A stretch of 64,000 nucleotides of DNA from Squalus acanthias (GCA_030390025.1 CM059432.1:151220001-151284000); one strand, 5' to 3'. Counted from the first letter of the stretch, positions 1 through 12,875 are shown. Notes: generated from the letters alone by a model not told the origin. Numbers and translations are program-made.

Positions 1-1182
1 TTTTCCTAATTGCTTGCTGTACCTACATGTTAACTTTCAGTGATTCTTGTCAAGGACACCCAGGTCCCTCTGAACATCAACATTTCCCAATCTCTCACCA
101 TTTAAAAAAATACTCTGCTTTTCTATTTTTTCTACCAAAGTGGATAACTTCACATTTCTCCACATTATATTCCATTTGCCATGTTCAAGCCCACTCACTT
201 AGCCTGTCTATATCCCCTTGAAGCCTCTTTGCATCCTCCTCACAACTTACATTCCCACCCAGCTTTGTATCATCAGCAAACTTGGATATATTACGTTTGG
301 TCCCCACATCCAAATCATTGATATAGATTGTGAATAGCTAAGGCCCAAGCACTGATCCTTGCGGTACCCCACTAGTTACAGCCTGCCAACCCGAAAATGA
401 CCCGTTTATTCCTACTCTCTGTTTTCTGTCCGTTAACCAATCCTCAGTCCATGCTAGTATATTACCCCCAATCCCATGAGCCCTAATATTGTTTAATAAC
501 CTCTTGTGTGGCACTTTATCGAATGCCTTCTGAAAATCCAAATACACCACATCCACTGGTTCCCCTTTATCTATTCTGCTAGTTACAACCTCAAAAAACT
601 CCAACAGCTTGGTTAAACACGATTTCCCTTTCATAAATCCGTGTTGACTCTGCCCAATTCTATTATTATTTTCTAAGTGCCCTGTTACCACGTCCTTAAT
701 AATAGACTCTAGCATTTTCCCTACTACTGATGTCAGGCTAACTGGTCTGTATTTCTCCGTTTTCTCTCTCCCTCCTTTCTTAAATAGTGGGGTTACATTT
801 GCTACCTTCCAATCTGCAGGAACCGTTATAGAATCTATGGAATTTTGGAAAGTGACAACGAATGCATCCACTATCTCTATAGCCACCTCTTTCAAGACCC
901 TAATGTAGGCCATCAGGTCCAGAGGATTTATTGGCTTTCAGTCCCATTAATTTCTGCAGTACTATTTTTTTACTAATACTAATATCTTTCAGTTCCTCAT
1001 TCTCACTAGAGCCTTGGTTCTCCACTATTTCCAGGAAGTTTTTTGCGTCTTCTTCCGTGAAGACAGACACAAAGTATTTGTTTAATTTCTCAGCCATTTC
1101 CTTATTCCCCATTATAATTTCTCCTGTCTAGCCTGTAAGGGACCCACATTTACTTTTGCTAATCTTTTCCTTTTTATATACC

Positions 1183-1320
1183 TTCTTCTTCTTCTTAGGC
1201 AGTCCCTGAGAACCGAGGATGACTTGCTTCCACGTTAAAAATGAGTTCAGAGGTGACTGATGAGTCCAATGCGGGACCTACAGTCTCTGTCATAGGTGGG
1301 GCAGACGGTGGTTGAAGGGG
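1183..1320 (-). mobile_element. Short 5'-truncated retroelement end with (AAG)n tail inserted in the CR1, probably RTE-type
   Basis: Interrupts the CR1 sequence ttttatatacc|tatagaagc and begins ttcttcttcttcttaggcagtccc. The RTE assignment is from resemblance only. Confidence 0.55.
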
Positions 1321-2383
1321 CCTATAGAAGCTTTTACAGTCTGTTTTTATGTCTCTCGCTAGTTTACTCTCATATTCTATTTTTCCATTTCTTTATCAAT
1401 TTCTTGGTCCTCCTTTGCTGAATTCTAAAATCCTCCCAATCCTCAGGCTTACTACTCTTTTTGGCAACATTATAAGCCTCTTCCTTTGATCTAATACTAT
1501 CTTTAACTTCTCTTGTTAGCCACAGTTGGACCACTTTTCCTGTGGGGTTTTTGTGCCTTAAAGGAATGTATATTTGTTGTAAATTATGTATTAATTCTTT
1601 AAATACTAGCCATTTCTCGTCCACTGTCATACCTTTTAATTTAGTTTCCCAATCTACCTTAGCCAACTCGCCCCTCATACCTACGTAGTTTGCTTTGTTT
1701 AGATTTAAGACCCGAGTTTTGGATTTAACTAAGTCACTTTCAAACTCAATATAAAATTCTATCATATTATGGTCACTATTCCCTAAAGCCCCTTTACTAC
1801 AAGGTTATTAATTAACCCTTTCTCATTGCACAATACTAGATCTAAAATAACCTGTTCCCTAGTTGGTTCCTCAACGTAATGATCTAGAAAACTATCTTGC
1901 ATACATTCCATGAATTCGTCCTCCACACTATTACTGCAAATTTGGTTTGCCCAGTCTATAAGTAGATTAAAGTCCCCCATGATTACTGTATTATACTTGT
2001 TACATGCACCTCTAATTTCCTGATTTATACTCTGCCCTACATTACAGCTACTGTTTGGGTGCCTATAAACAACTCCCACCAATGTTTCCTGCCCCTTGCT
2101 GTTTCTTAGCTTCACCCAAACTGATGCTACTTCTTGATTTTTGGAGCTCAGATCCTTTCTCTCTAATGTTTTTATCCCATCCTTTATTATCAGGGCTACA
2201 CCTACTCCTTTTCCATTTTGCCTATCCCTTCTAAAAGTTATGTACCCTGGAATATTGAGTTCCCAACCTTGGCCACATTGCAACCACGTCTCCGTAATGG
2301 CTATTAGATCAAACCTGTTCATTTCTATCTGCGCTATTAATTCATCTATTTTGTTGCGAATGCTTCGCGCATTCAGATATAAT

Positions 2384-3143
2384 GGGCCGTATTTTCCGAT
2401 CGGAGGCCTCCACACGCAGGAGGCCTCCGATCTGGAAAAATCTACGAACTTACCTGAGGGCTCCCGAGGTGCGTATAGTTCCGCTCCTGGGCCTCTCCAA
2501 CTCCAAGTGCGCAGGGCCCACGTATCCCAGGGGCGCATGTAGTTCGCAGCGTCCCTGGGATCACGTGGGCCATGGGGAGACAATAGGAGAAGGGAATCTC
2601 CCTTCATACACTTGACAGATAGACCTGTCAAATATATGAATGGAGAGCACCCCAAAAACATAGTAAAACTTTAAATAAATTTTTAAAAAACCATCCCCTT
2701 TTTAAAATTAGTTGAAATTACAATAAATTAAATATTTTAAACAAAAATTAAATTTTTTGAAAAAAATAATTAAAGTTTTTTACGGGGCTAAAAATAAACT
2801 TACCTTTTTTTTACTTTAAAGTATTTTTAAATGATAAATGAATGAAAAAAAAAATTTTTTTCTTTTTAATTTTTTTGAACTCTTATCCTGGTAAAAGCAG
2901 GCCTTACGCTGCTTTTACCAGGCGTAAGATTTCTAAGTGTTTTCTGCGGGCGGAGGGTCTCCAGAAAACAGAACTCTCCACCCGCAGAGGCCCTTCTCCA
3001 GGGCAGCCGGAGGATCTGTCAAGAGCATTCTTGACAGATCGGAAATGCCGGTTTCCAGCGCATGCGTTGTGCATGCCTGAAACCGGCATTTCCGATGTCC
3101 CTACGGGTGTGTACCCACCCGTAGGCATCGGAATATTTGGCCC
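2384..3143. mobile_element. Harbinger-type MITE (family A) inserted in CR1
   Basis: Imperfect TIRs gggccgtattttccgat / atcggaatatttggccc; 3-bp TSD aat/act; the CR1 resumes after it. Confidence 0.85.
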
Positions 3144-3374
3144 ACTGCCTTTAGCTTTGACTTATTTCTCTTTTTCCCTGATGTCACCTAAGTCACTGAT
3201 GCCTTATTTACCTTTGTTACTCTCTCTGTCCCTTCCTGACCCACTCTGCTTAAATTTACCCAAAAATCTACTCTGCTCTAGAGCCTTGACATTTCTCTCG
3301 CTGCTTTTAAATTTCTCTTTCCTGAACCATCCCGCCACCCCTTCATTAGTTTAAAGTCCTTTCTACTGCCCTAG

Positions 3375-4029
3375 TTATTTGGTTCGCCAGGACACTGGTC
3401 CCAGCCCGTCCCAATGGAACAGCTCCCTCTTTCCCCACTCCAAGTTCTCCTCCAGCCGCGAGGAGATGTCTTTAACCCTGGCACCGGGCAGACAAGACAA
3501 CCTTCGGAACTCTCGGTCACGGCTGCAGAGAACAGTATCTATCCCCGTGACTATACTGTCCCCTACCACAACTACATTCCCTTTCACTCCCCCCCCACTT
3601 GAATGGCCTCCTGCACCGTGGTGCCATGGTCAGCTTGCTCGTCCATCCTGCAGGCTTTTCCCTCATCCACACAGGCAACAAGAACCTCATACCTGTTGGA
3701 CAAGGGCAAAGGCTGAAGCTCCTCCAGCACTGCACCTGGGGTCCCCTTACCTGCCTGAGTCACAGTCACACCCTCCTGTCCCGGACCACTAACCAGACCT
3801 GTACCACTACCTAACCTAAGGGTGTGACTGCCTCCTGGATCAAAGTGTCCAGGTAACTCTCCCCCTCCCTGATGCCCCGCAATGTCTGCACCTCGGACTC
3901 CAGCTCAACAACTCTGAGCTGAAGTTCCTCAAGATGTAGGCACTTACTGCAAACGTGGTTGTCCGGGATCACAATGCTCTCCACAAACTCCCACATGCTG
4001 CAGTTGCGGCACATCACCTGCACTGCCAT
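3375..4029 (-). pseudogene. CR1 ORF1 remnant: zinc-finger/leucine-zipper followed by SGNH-esterase-like domain
   Basis: CRNC..W...VCSKC...LQLRVVELESEVQTL (3811-4029), PLSNRYEVL and VVVGDSIV...CLPGARVKDI (3375-3587), the known CR1 ORF1 layout; broken by stops and frameshifts. Confidence 0.85.
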
Positions 4030-4339
4030 CCCTATATGACCTTGTTTTATTTAATTAAATTAAATTAAATTTCTAATTAAGTAACTTAGTTTACAGTGTA
4101 GTTTCCTGACTAATGACTTGATCTAGATTAAGTTAAGGGTACTGCAATTAAATATCTACCTGTAACACAAAGCACTACAAGTAGTGTAGACAGAAAGCAG
4201 CAACTCCTTCCCTCTCTTCTCCAAATTCCCACTCTTCCAAATTCCAACCAAAGCACTCTGTTCAAGTTCACTCCGTTTAATCCCGCTCTGTGCAGACCGC
4301 AGCTACAAGAAGAAACTTAAAATACTAGTATTATTTCCA

Positions 4340-4735
4340 CTGGGACAGAGAAGGCTAAGGGGAGATTTAATAGAGGTTTTTCAAATTTATAAGAGTTATG
4401 GTGGAGTGAATAGGGAACAAATAGTTGAAGAGTCAATGACGGTGGATCATCAATTTCAAAGTGTCACTAAGAAAGTCTGAGGAGAGATTAGGATAAATGT
4501 CTTTACACCGATGGTTGTTGAAGCATGGAATGCTTTCTGCAGGGATTGGTTGAGTCGGAGGCCATTGCATCTTTTAAGGGGAATTTGGATGAATATTTGA
4601 AGCAGAGGAAGATGCAGAGCTATGGGAAGAAAGCAGGCAGTAGGATCAGTTTTGGATTGTGGTAGCAAACAGCCAGCATAGACATGATGAGCAGAATAGC
4701 CTCCTTCTGTGTTGTACACTTCTATGGTCCTATGG
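4340..4735 (+). mobile_element. Old CR1 3' fragment
   Basis: Decayed RRLRGDLIEV region and CR1-type 3' UTR ending in ttctatggtcctatg. Confidence 0.75.
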
Positions 4736-5879
4736 TAAGATCAAGCATTTTCCATTGGATATTAAAATGGGGGACATCAGTAAAGTCTATATGTAGGACT
4801 TACAATGCGGGGCTGCTCAGGCTCGTTTAACCTTAGACGGCAGTAGGTAAGAAAGCACGGCATATTCATCCCTCGCACTTTATCGGAATTCACAGGCTCC
4901 ATATTTGTCTTTGCAACTTGCACAGCAGATGGATTCAGAGCACTGGAGTGATTGGAACAGATTCCCTTGCAGGTTGTCAGGGTTGTCTCTCTAAACTCTA
5001 ATCAAAGACCCACCTTCACCTCTGAAGACTGCAGACAATCCTGATAAGGAAGCAAAGCCATGCCCGAGGGACTGGTGTGGGTGTTAGAGCTGGCGGAATG
5101 CTGTCTTTGGTTGTTGAGCAATACTATCAAGGGGTCAATTAAAAGCAGCACAGGCCAACAAGTGACAAAGTGATGCTGATGCCCTGCGCCACAGAATGAC
5201 TGTTTGTGCTGATGGTGAAGGATTGATGCTAGTTCCACAATATTGCTATTACAATAATATCCTGAAACTTACAGCAATCTGCACAAGGGAACAGTGCAGA
5301 ACACTGGGCCAGTACAGACGTACTGGTGGTTGCTCTTGATCGAGATTCCCTAATTAACACTTTACAGAAAGGTTCCTTTCATTCAGCTGCTCAGAGAAAT
5401 CGCCTTGTACGGACTCATACGGGTTGACTGGTGTGTTTAACAATAGTTACTGCATTTTGTAATTCATTGTTTGTGAAGTCCTGAAGATGTGATTAGGATT
5501 AGAAAGTAGGACCAAAACCCAGTGAGCAGCACCTCTGATCCCAAGGCTAACTCGACCAAGGCCTAGAAATCCGATGGTGCCTTGCCTGTAAACAAGCGCC
5601 TAAGCCTCCATTACGGTGGGAAGCGAGCACGCGGTGATTGTGAGAAGCGCGCCGCCCGCCATATTGGTAAGGGCAAAATAATAGGCGTCCAAAGCCCGCG
5701 CCTGAAACAAACGTTAGCCCCTTTTCATATGCAAATAAGGGCCACCTGTGTTCAGGAATAACAGATCTGTATGTGGCCTAACCATTGGTCCTTAAAGGTA
5801 CCGCTGCAGGCCACCATCAAACGGATAAGTTTTATAAATATACTTACTTGAATGTGAAGCCAAGAGATGCAGGAGTGGG

Positions 5880-6430
5880 GATTGACAGGGTAGATGCTGA
5901 GAGGTTGTTTCCCCTGGCTGGAGTGTCTAGAACTAGGGGGCATAGTCTCAGGATAAGGGGTCGGCCATTTAAAACTGAGATGAGGAAGAATTTCTTCACT
6001 CAGAGGGTTGTAAATCTTTGGAATTCTCTGCCCCAGAGGGCTGTGAATGCTGAGTGTTTGAGTATATTCAAGGCTGAGATAGATAGATTTTTGGACTCTA
6101 GGGATATGGAAATCGAGCGGGAAAGTGGAGTTGAGGTCAATGATCAGCCATGATCTTCTTGAATGGCGGAGCAGGCTCGAGGGGCCGTGTGGCGGAGCAG
6201 GCTCGAGGGGCCGAGTGGCGGAGCAGGCTCGAGGGGCCGTGTGGTGGAGCAGGCTCGAGGGGCCGAGTGGCGGAGCAGGCTCGAGGGGCCGAGTGGCGGA
6301 GCAGGCTCGAGGGGCCGAGTGGCGGAGCAGGCTCGAGGGGCCGTGTGGCGGAGCAGGCTCGAGGGGCCGAGTGGCGGAGCAGGCTCGAGGGGCCGAATGG
6401 CCGACTCCTGCTCTTATTTCTTATGTTCTT
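5880..6430 (+). mobile_element. CR1 3' fragment with amplified tail
   Basis: ERLFPLAGVSRTRGHSL...FFTQRVVNLWNSLP, then 3' UTR and ttcttatgttctt tail. Confidence 0.9.
6163..6400 (+). repeat. 26-bp minisatellite (tggcggagcaggctcgaggggccg(t/a)g), about 9 copies
   Basis: Direct tandem units; the unit is single-copy in other CR1 tails (e.g. 63260-63295). Confidence 0.95.
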
Positions 6431-6559
6431 CTCCCAGCTCCACTGCAGTCCCGCAGACCGTTGCCATTCCAGATCACATTCCTTTGAGACCTGCCCCCTC
6501 CCAATCGCCTCCCTCCCGATCGCCCCTGGTGAGCTGCCTGGGGATGCCCAGCAGGTGTC

Positions 6560-6770
6560 CTGGAATTCTCTAACACAGAAGGCTGTGGAGGCCCAGTCAC
6601 TGAATATATTTAAGAAGGAGATAGATAGATTTCTAGACACAAAAGGCATCAAGGGGTATGGGGAGAGAGCGGGAATATGGTATTGAGATAGAGGATCAGC
6701 CATGATCATATTGAATGGCTCGAAGGGCCGAATGGCCGACTCCTGCTCCTATTTTTCTATGTTTCTTTGT
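6560..6770 (+). mobile_element. CR1 3' end fragment
   Basis: WNSLTQKAVEAQSLNIFKKEIDRFL and tttctatgtttct tail. Confidence 0.85.
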
Positions 6771-7777
6771 TCGCGGGCCAGCACAAGCAAATCTCTAGGC
6801 CCAAGCGTTGTAACATAGCAACCACAGAAGTCTAACCAAATCACTAAGGAGTGTTGCTGCATCTCCATGGAAATGCACCTCAATGTTAAAAATTTTTTTT
6901 AAAGAAATCAGAAGTATTGAAATTTCTCAGCAGAAACATTTTTCAGCAGAAACAGAATCTACAGCATGAAACAACCATTGCTATTAATATTCCATTTTAA
7001 CAAAGCACATTTATAAAATTCAGTGCATCCACACTGCACATTCTTTGAGTTTTTTTCAGATTACAGAGTGATTAAGTTCACATGAAAAGATTTGTAATGG
7101 CCATTCATTCCTCAGAGCCTCCTCCTGTTTCTCGTTCTGTTCTGTGCTGTGCACAGGGTGAGCAGAGTTTTCTCAGAACATTGGTGCTGGCACCAATACA
7201 AAGACTCCCGCCGGATTTGTGTTATCCCGTACTGAAAACAGAAGTTAAAATAGCTGCCTGGAACTCGAGCAGACTCAGAGGCCCTGCTGCTTCCCGGAGG
7301 GGCTGCAAGTTTCCCTCTGTTCAAAACAAAATAGGAGAAATGCCAGTTCTTTTGTCACCCGCAAATAAAATCACGGGAACGATTGGTCTTAAAATGTGCA
7401 CTTCCTGAAAATAAGGTTTTTGTAGTTGGAACAAGAAATTAGCAGCCAATCACAATGCACCTGTACCAACGAGCCTTTAATGCATCTCCAGATGTTAATG
7501 AGCCATTTAGTTGATGGTTAGGTCACAAAAGTTTGTTAATACACCTGTGTATTACTTAATATTTATGTTAAATGACACAGCGAGAAAAGTTACCAGCAAG
7601 TAACGGAATATGGGTTCACATCCACTGTGTCACTTGAGTCCCTCTCCTTCTCAAGACTGGCTCGAAGCCCAGCCCAAGTAAAGACGTTAACTTGTGACAC
7701 TGCTGGAAAAGCTTCCTTCCTGCATGAATGTGTCCACATTTCTTTATTTAGAAATTAATGTTAACTTATGGCTTTAT

Positions 7778-7992
7778 GGGCAGATTTTACGAATTGGCAT
7801 TCCAGGCGCGGAGCTTTGGGCAATGAGAGCGCATTCCGAGAATTCGGGCACCAAGACCAGCAAAATGTTGATTTTAATTTCAATGGATGGAAAATAATGC
7901 GTGGCATGCTAATGACGGCGTCCAAATTTCCAATGTGCACTCTTGCTGTGCAAGGCTTGGCGCCAGAACCATTAATTCATAAAATCTATCCC
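7778..7992. mobile_element. Short Harbinger-type MITE
   Basis: TIRs gggcagatttta / taaaatctatccc; TSD tat/aat. Confidence 0.6.
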
Positions 7993-8070
7993 AATGTTTC
8001 TGCTTTAACTCCACAGCATACTCAGATTCCAATAAGAAATGCAGAGTTACATTCAAAGAAAGAACAAACG

Positions 8071-8512
8071 AACTTGAATTGATATCTGCACCTTTCATGC
8101 CCTCAGGATGTCCTAAAGCGCTTCAGAGCCAATGAAGTACTTTTGAGGTGTAGTCAGTGTTGTAATGTAGGGAACTGCAGCAGCCAAATTGCACACAGCA
8201 CTGTCCGACAAGCAGCAATGAGATACATGACCAGATCATCTGTTTTCATGGTGTTGGTTGAGGGATAAATGTTGGCCAGAACTCCAGGAGAACTCCCCTG
8301 CTCTTCTTCAAATGGGAATGTTTACATCCACCCAAGAAGAAAGATGGGTCATCAGTTTAATATCTCATGCAAAGACACCACCTCCGACAGGGCAGCACTC
8401 CCTCAGCACTGCACTGAATTGTCAGGCTAGATTATGTGCTCATGTCTCTGGAGTAGGGCTTGAACCCACAAACTCCTGGGGCAAGAGCACTGCCTCTGAG
8501 CCAAGGCTCACA
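8071..8512 (-). mobile_element. tRNA-derived Deu-domain SINE (SacSINE1-like)
   Basis: Reverse-complement match to the copy at 21238-21680: box B gggttcaag and the cagtgcagtgctgagggagtgctgc core. Confidence 0.8.
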
Positions 8513-8885
8513 TTCAAACAAAATAGCACCTTTTTTTTTACGAGGCAACTGTGCAAATCAAAAAGCAACACTTGTTTCAAAGGCAGCAACTTGTATTTAT
8601 CTCGAGAAACAAATCTGTGCAACTCTCAGGCACTGGATCAGCAGCTCTCCAAATCTGCCAGCCCCAAGACACCCAGTCATCAGGCTGGCCCCATGTGCCA
8701 GGAACAGAAATTGGAGAAGAAAAATCATCTTAAAACAAGGACCAATTTCTACCCCATTTCTTCTAGCTGCTGTATGATTCCACAGCTGCTCTTCTTCACG
8801 TGTGAGCTTTGACATTGATTGTCAACAGGCTATTGACCACACCCCAGCCAAGTCTGATCCTGTCCTCATCCAACTGTCAGCCATA

Positions 8886-9320
8886 CACATAAGAACATAA
8901 GGAATAGGAGCAGGAGTCAGCCACTCGGCCCCTCGAGCCTGCTCCGCCACTCGGCCCCTCGAGCCTGCTCCGCCACTCGGCCCCTCGAGCCTGCTCCACC
9001 ACACGGCCCCTCGAGCCTGCTCCGCCATTCGGCCCCTCGAGCCTGCTCCACCACACGACCCCTCGAGCCTGCTCCGCCACACGGCCCCTCGAGCCTGCTC
9101 CGCCACTCGGCCCCTCGAGCCTGCTCCACCACACGGCCCCTCGAGCCTGCTCCGCCACACGGCCCCTCGAGCCTGCTCCACCACACGGCCCCTCGAGCCT
9201 GCTCCGCCACACGGCCCCTCGAGCCTGCTCCACCATTCAATAAGATCATGGCTGATCATCGACCTCAACTCCACTTTCCCGCCCCATCTCTATATCCCTT
9301 GATTCCCCGAGAGTCCAAAC
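8886..9320 (-). mobile_element. CR1 3' end with amplified tail
   Basis: acataagaacataag tail and CR1 3' UTR. Confidence 0.9.
8921..9236 (-). repeat. 26-bp minisatellite, about 12 copies, same unit as 6163-6400
   Basis: Tandem c(t/a)cggcccctcgagcctgctcc(g/a)cca units. Confidence 0.95.
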
Positions 9321-9904
9321 ATACAGACTTACTCTACAGCTTCTGTTATGCACCTCAAACCCGTCCAGTCCCACCTCCTTCCAGATCATCAGGAGAAACT
9401 GACCTGATAGACAACCCTTTGCATCAATATGCAGCCTGGAAATATTGCGAGATTGGTGTTACTTTGCTATTTATTATTCACAGTTAATTTACATGAAAAA
9501 CACGGCATTTAATCAAGCAGCTAGCTTCAGTCACAGGCGAGTCAGGCTGGGAAGTGGTAATCTTTTTCATTTTCAGTTTGTCACAGATGCTTTATGCCTG
9601 ACTGTACCTTTTAATAATAATTAAATGTGAATAATAAATAACGACTTATAATTCAGTAAACAGGCAGCATTTATTGTTTGGAACCACTGGGTACAATGTT
9701 TTCCAATTTTTCTGGCCGTGTTTAGTATTTGACAGCTCAAAGAAAATAAATCATGTGAAAATGGTTAAAGATACGCAATAATGTTATGGCAAGAACTGGG
9801 AGCCCTGCCCCAGCTCCCCCTGCGTTTCCTGATGTGCATTCCATCTAGTGGGTCACTTTCAGACTATTCAAGCATTACTTTTTAATAACCATTTCAGTAA
9901 TTAT

Positions 9905-10273
9905 CGGCCCGGATATTCCGACCCCCACGCGAGGTTCCGTAGGGACCTCACAAGTGCTGGTTTCAGGCGTGCGAAGCGCATGCGCTGAAAACCGGTATTT
10001 CCGATCTGTGAAGAATGCTCTTGACAGATCCTCCGCCTGCCCTGGAGAAGGGCCTCTGCGGGTGGAGAGTTCCGCTTTCTGGAGAACCTCCGCCCGCTGA
10101 AAACCCTTAGAAATCTTACGCCTGGTAAAAGCCTGCGTAAGGCCTGCTTTTACCAACATAACAGTTTAAAAAAGTAAAAAAAAAAAAAAAATTTTGCTCA
10201 TTTATAATTTAAAAATACTTTTAAAAAAGGTAAGTTTATTTTTAGCCCCGTACAAAACTCTAATTATTTTTTT
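9905..10273. mobile_element. Truncated family A MITE, inverted relative to 2384-3143
   Basis: Reverse-complement similarity to about 2760-3143; one TIR (ggcccggatattccga). Confidence 0.8.
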
Positions 10274-10922
10274 CATGGTGATGTGGAACGGCGCAGGCAG
10301 TGCTGTCCATGGTGATCTGGAACGCCGCAGGCAGTGCTGTCCATGGTGATCTGGAACGGCGCAGGCAGTGCTGTCCATGGTGATCTGGAATGCTGCAGGC
10401 AGTGCTGTCCATGGTGATCTGGAACGCCGCAGGCAGTGCTGTCCATGGTGATCTGGAACGGCGCAGGCAGTGCTGTCCATGGTGATCTGGAATGCTGCAG
10501 GCAGTGCTGTCCATGGTGATCTGGAATGCTGCAGGCAGTGCTGTCCATGGTGATCTGGAACGGCGCAGGCAGTGCTGTCCATGGTGATCTGGAACGCCAC
10601 AGGCAGTGCTGTCCATGGTGATGTGGAACGCTGCAGGCAGTGCTGTCCATGGTGATCTGGAACGGCGCAGGCAGTGCTGTCCATGGTGATGTGGAACGCT
10701 GCAGGCAGTGCTGTCCATGGTGATCTGGAACGGCGCAGGCAGTGCTGTCCACGGTGATCTGGAACGGCGCAGGCAGTGCTGTCCACGGTGATGTGGAACG
10801 CTGCAGGCAGTGCTGTCCACGGTGATCTGGAACGGCGCAGGCAGTGCTGTCCACAGTGATCTGGAACGCCGCAGGCAGTGCTGTCCATGGTGATGTGGAA
10901 CGGCGCAGGCAGTGCTGTCCAT
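10274..10922. repeat. 34-bp minisatellite (catggtgatctggaacggcgcaggcagtgctgtc), about 19 copies
   Basis: catgg recurs at 10274, 10308 and onward; the unit is the TALP..ITM segment of the Harbinger transposase. Confidence 0.95.
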
Positions 10923-11604
10923 GCCCGAGTGTGGGGCTGCAGTTGGTGGCACAGTTCTGTAATCACATCCATTCTGAAGCGGCGGAGGCAGATGCACTAC
11001 TACATAAGAACATAAGGCCCCTCGAGCCTGCTCCGCCATTCAATAAGATCATGGCTGATCTGACCTTGGCCTCAACTCCACTTTCCTGCCCGTTCCCCAT
11101 AACCCTTCACTCCCTTATCGTTCAAGAATCTGTCTCTCTCCACCTTAAATATATTCAATGACCCAGCCTCCACAGCTCTCTGGGGTAGAGAATTCCAAAG
11201 ATTCACGACCCTCTGAGAGAAGAAATTCCTCCTCATCTCAGTTTTAAATGGGTGACGCCTTATTCTGAAACTATGCCCCTAGTTCTAGATTCCCCCACGA
11301 GGGGAAACATTTTCTCTGCATCTACCTTGCTGAGCCCCCTCAGTATCTTTATATGTTTCAATAAGATCACCTCTCATTCTTCTAAACTCCAATGAGTATA
11401 GGCCCAACCTGCTCAACCTTTCCTCATAAGACAACCCCCTCATCTCTGGAATCAACCTCGTGAACCTTCTCTGAACTGCCTCCAATGCAAGTATATCCTT
11501 CCTTAAATAAGGAGACCAAAACTGTACGCAGTACTCCAGGCGTGGACTCACCAACGCCCTGTGCAGTTGTAGCAAGACTTCCCTACTTTTATACTCCATC
11601 CCCC

Positions 11605-12617
11605 TGTGAAGGAATAAACTATATAACCTTTTTAGAAAAATACACTATCTTATGAAAGAATTCTGACCTTGTTGAGATAAGACAGTTGTTGACTCTGAAT
11701 AAATAACCTCATTAAAACAGAAGAATGGGTGGCTCCGAGTGGGTGGCCTTGTTGGAACAGAACAATGGTCAACCCTGGGTAAATGATCTTGATTAAACCT
11801 CTTAAAGATGACACATGAGATAAGGGACATCTGCCCTTCACACCTGTATGGTAAACTCCCAATAACTATTGCTGATGTGGCAGTAAGAATTGCAGAGGTC
11901 AGCAGAAAGATGAATAGTGATAATTAACTTGGATCAACAGAAACCTTATGGAATACAACTGAAAAAGGGTATAAATATTGAAGTCTCAAATGAGATATCA
12001 GAATCGCTTTAATCGGGCAAGGCGATTCTCGACTACAGAGGCGGCTCTGTAGTCTTTCACTCTTTGCACCTTGGGGATCGAAGGTATTTTGATATTGATG
12101 GATATCCTGTATAGAAAATTTTAAGAACTGTAATACTGTAGCGAAGTTAAGATTTAAAAGTAAGATTCTCTGTTAAAAATAAGATCGTATTTTTTCTCTT
12201 TTTAGAACTATTAACATTGCGATTGACTGATTCACCAACTGTAAATTACATGTCGGTTCTTTTAATAAATCTCTATATATTTTTAGAATTGTCTCACATA
12301 AGTCTTCTGTATCAATAACTCATGAACTCAATCTCTGTACACTCTTTGGTGAAGAGTTACATTTCTGAAGGAGATCGCCGGACCCTCATAATATCCGGGA
12401 CGTTACAGTCTGGCTAAACTCATTAAAAGTGCTATCTGGAGGACGGTAACATTCTCGGGTTGCTCCTTTCCTTTAGGGAGAGATAGCCCGGACCTTAGAC
12501 CCAGTTAAGCGTCTTTAGGACTCGGCTACCTCAACCTTTAGTTGGAAGTGAACATCTGAGAAATACGCCTGATCCGGGATAGCCCCAAAGGGTCTAGGAC
12601 AAGTAAATATCCTTTCA
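11605..12617 (+). mobile_element. Solo LTR (1013 bp)
   Basis: TG...CA ends (tgtgaagga / tcctttca), 4-bp TSD cccc/cccc, TATA (gggtataaata, about 11968), AATAAA (about 12264); cleanly interrupts the CR1. Confidence 0.8.
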
Positions 12618-12875
12618 CCCCTTGCAATAAGGGCCAATATTTCATTTGCCGTCCTAATTTCTTGCTGCACCTGCATGCTAACTTGTTGTGTTTCATGTAC
12701 GAGGACACCCAGATCCCTCTGTACCGCAGCATTCTGTAGTCTCTCCATTTAAATAATATTTTGCTTTTTATTCTTCCTACCAAAGTGGATAACCTCACAT
12801 TTTCCCACATTATACTCCATCTGTCAAATTTTTGCCCACTCACTTACCCTGTCTATATCCCTTTGCAGACTCTTT

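Larger units (their letters stand above)
1..4330 (-). mobile_element. CR1-clade (HER1-like) LINE, 5' part with ORF1 and ORF2, degenerate; runs off the window start
   Basis: ORF2 RT motifs (YLDFQKAFDKVPH, SGVPQGSVLGP, 338-913), AP-endonuclease motifs (LNARSIRNK, AITETWL, MGDFN, 1783-2380) and ORF1 pieces at 3375-4029. Frameshifts and two insertions. The 5' boundary is approximate. Confidence 0.95.
5560..6801. mobile_element. Harbinger-type MITE (family B) broken by two CR1 3' fragments
   Basis: TIRs ggcctagaaat / atctctaggcc with TSD caa/caa; CR1 pieces at about 5880-6430 and 6560-6770 lie inside. Confidence 0.75.

Noticed and set aside
1783..2661. 292-aa ORF with a novel N-terminus fused to an endonuclease
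   Set aside because: Chance read-through from the family A MITE into the CR1 endonuclease frame
6125..9274. AEQARG/GAGSRG repeat ORFs
   Set aside because: Translations of CR1-tail minisatellites
10202..11039. 193-259 aa Cys/His-rich repeat ORFs
   Set aside because: Translations of a 34-bp tandem repeat cycling through all three frames
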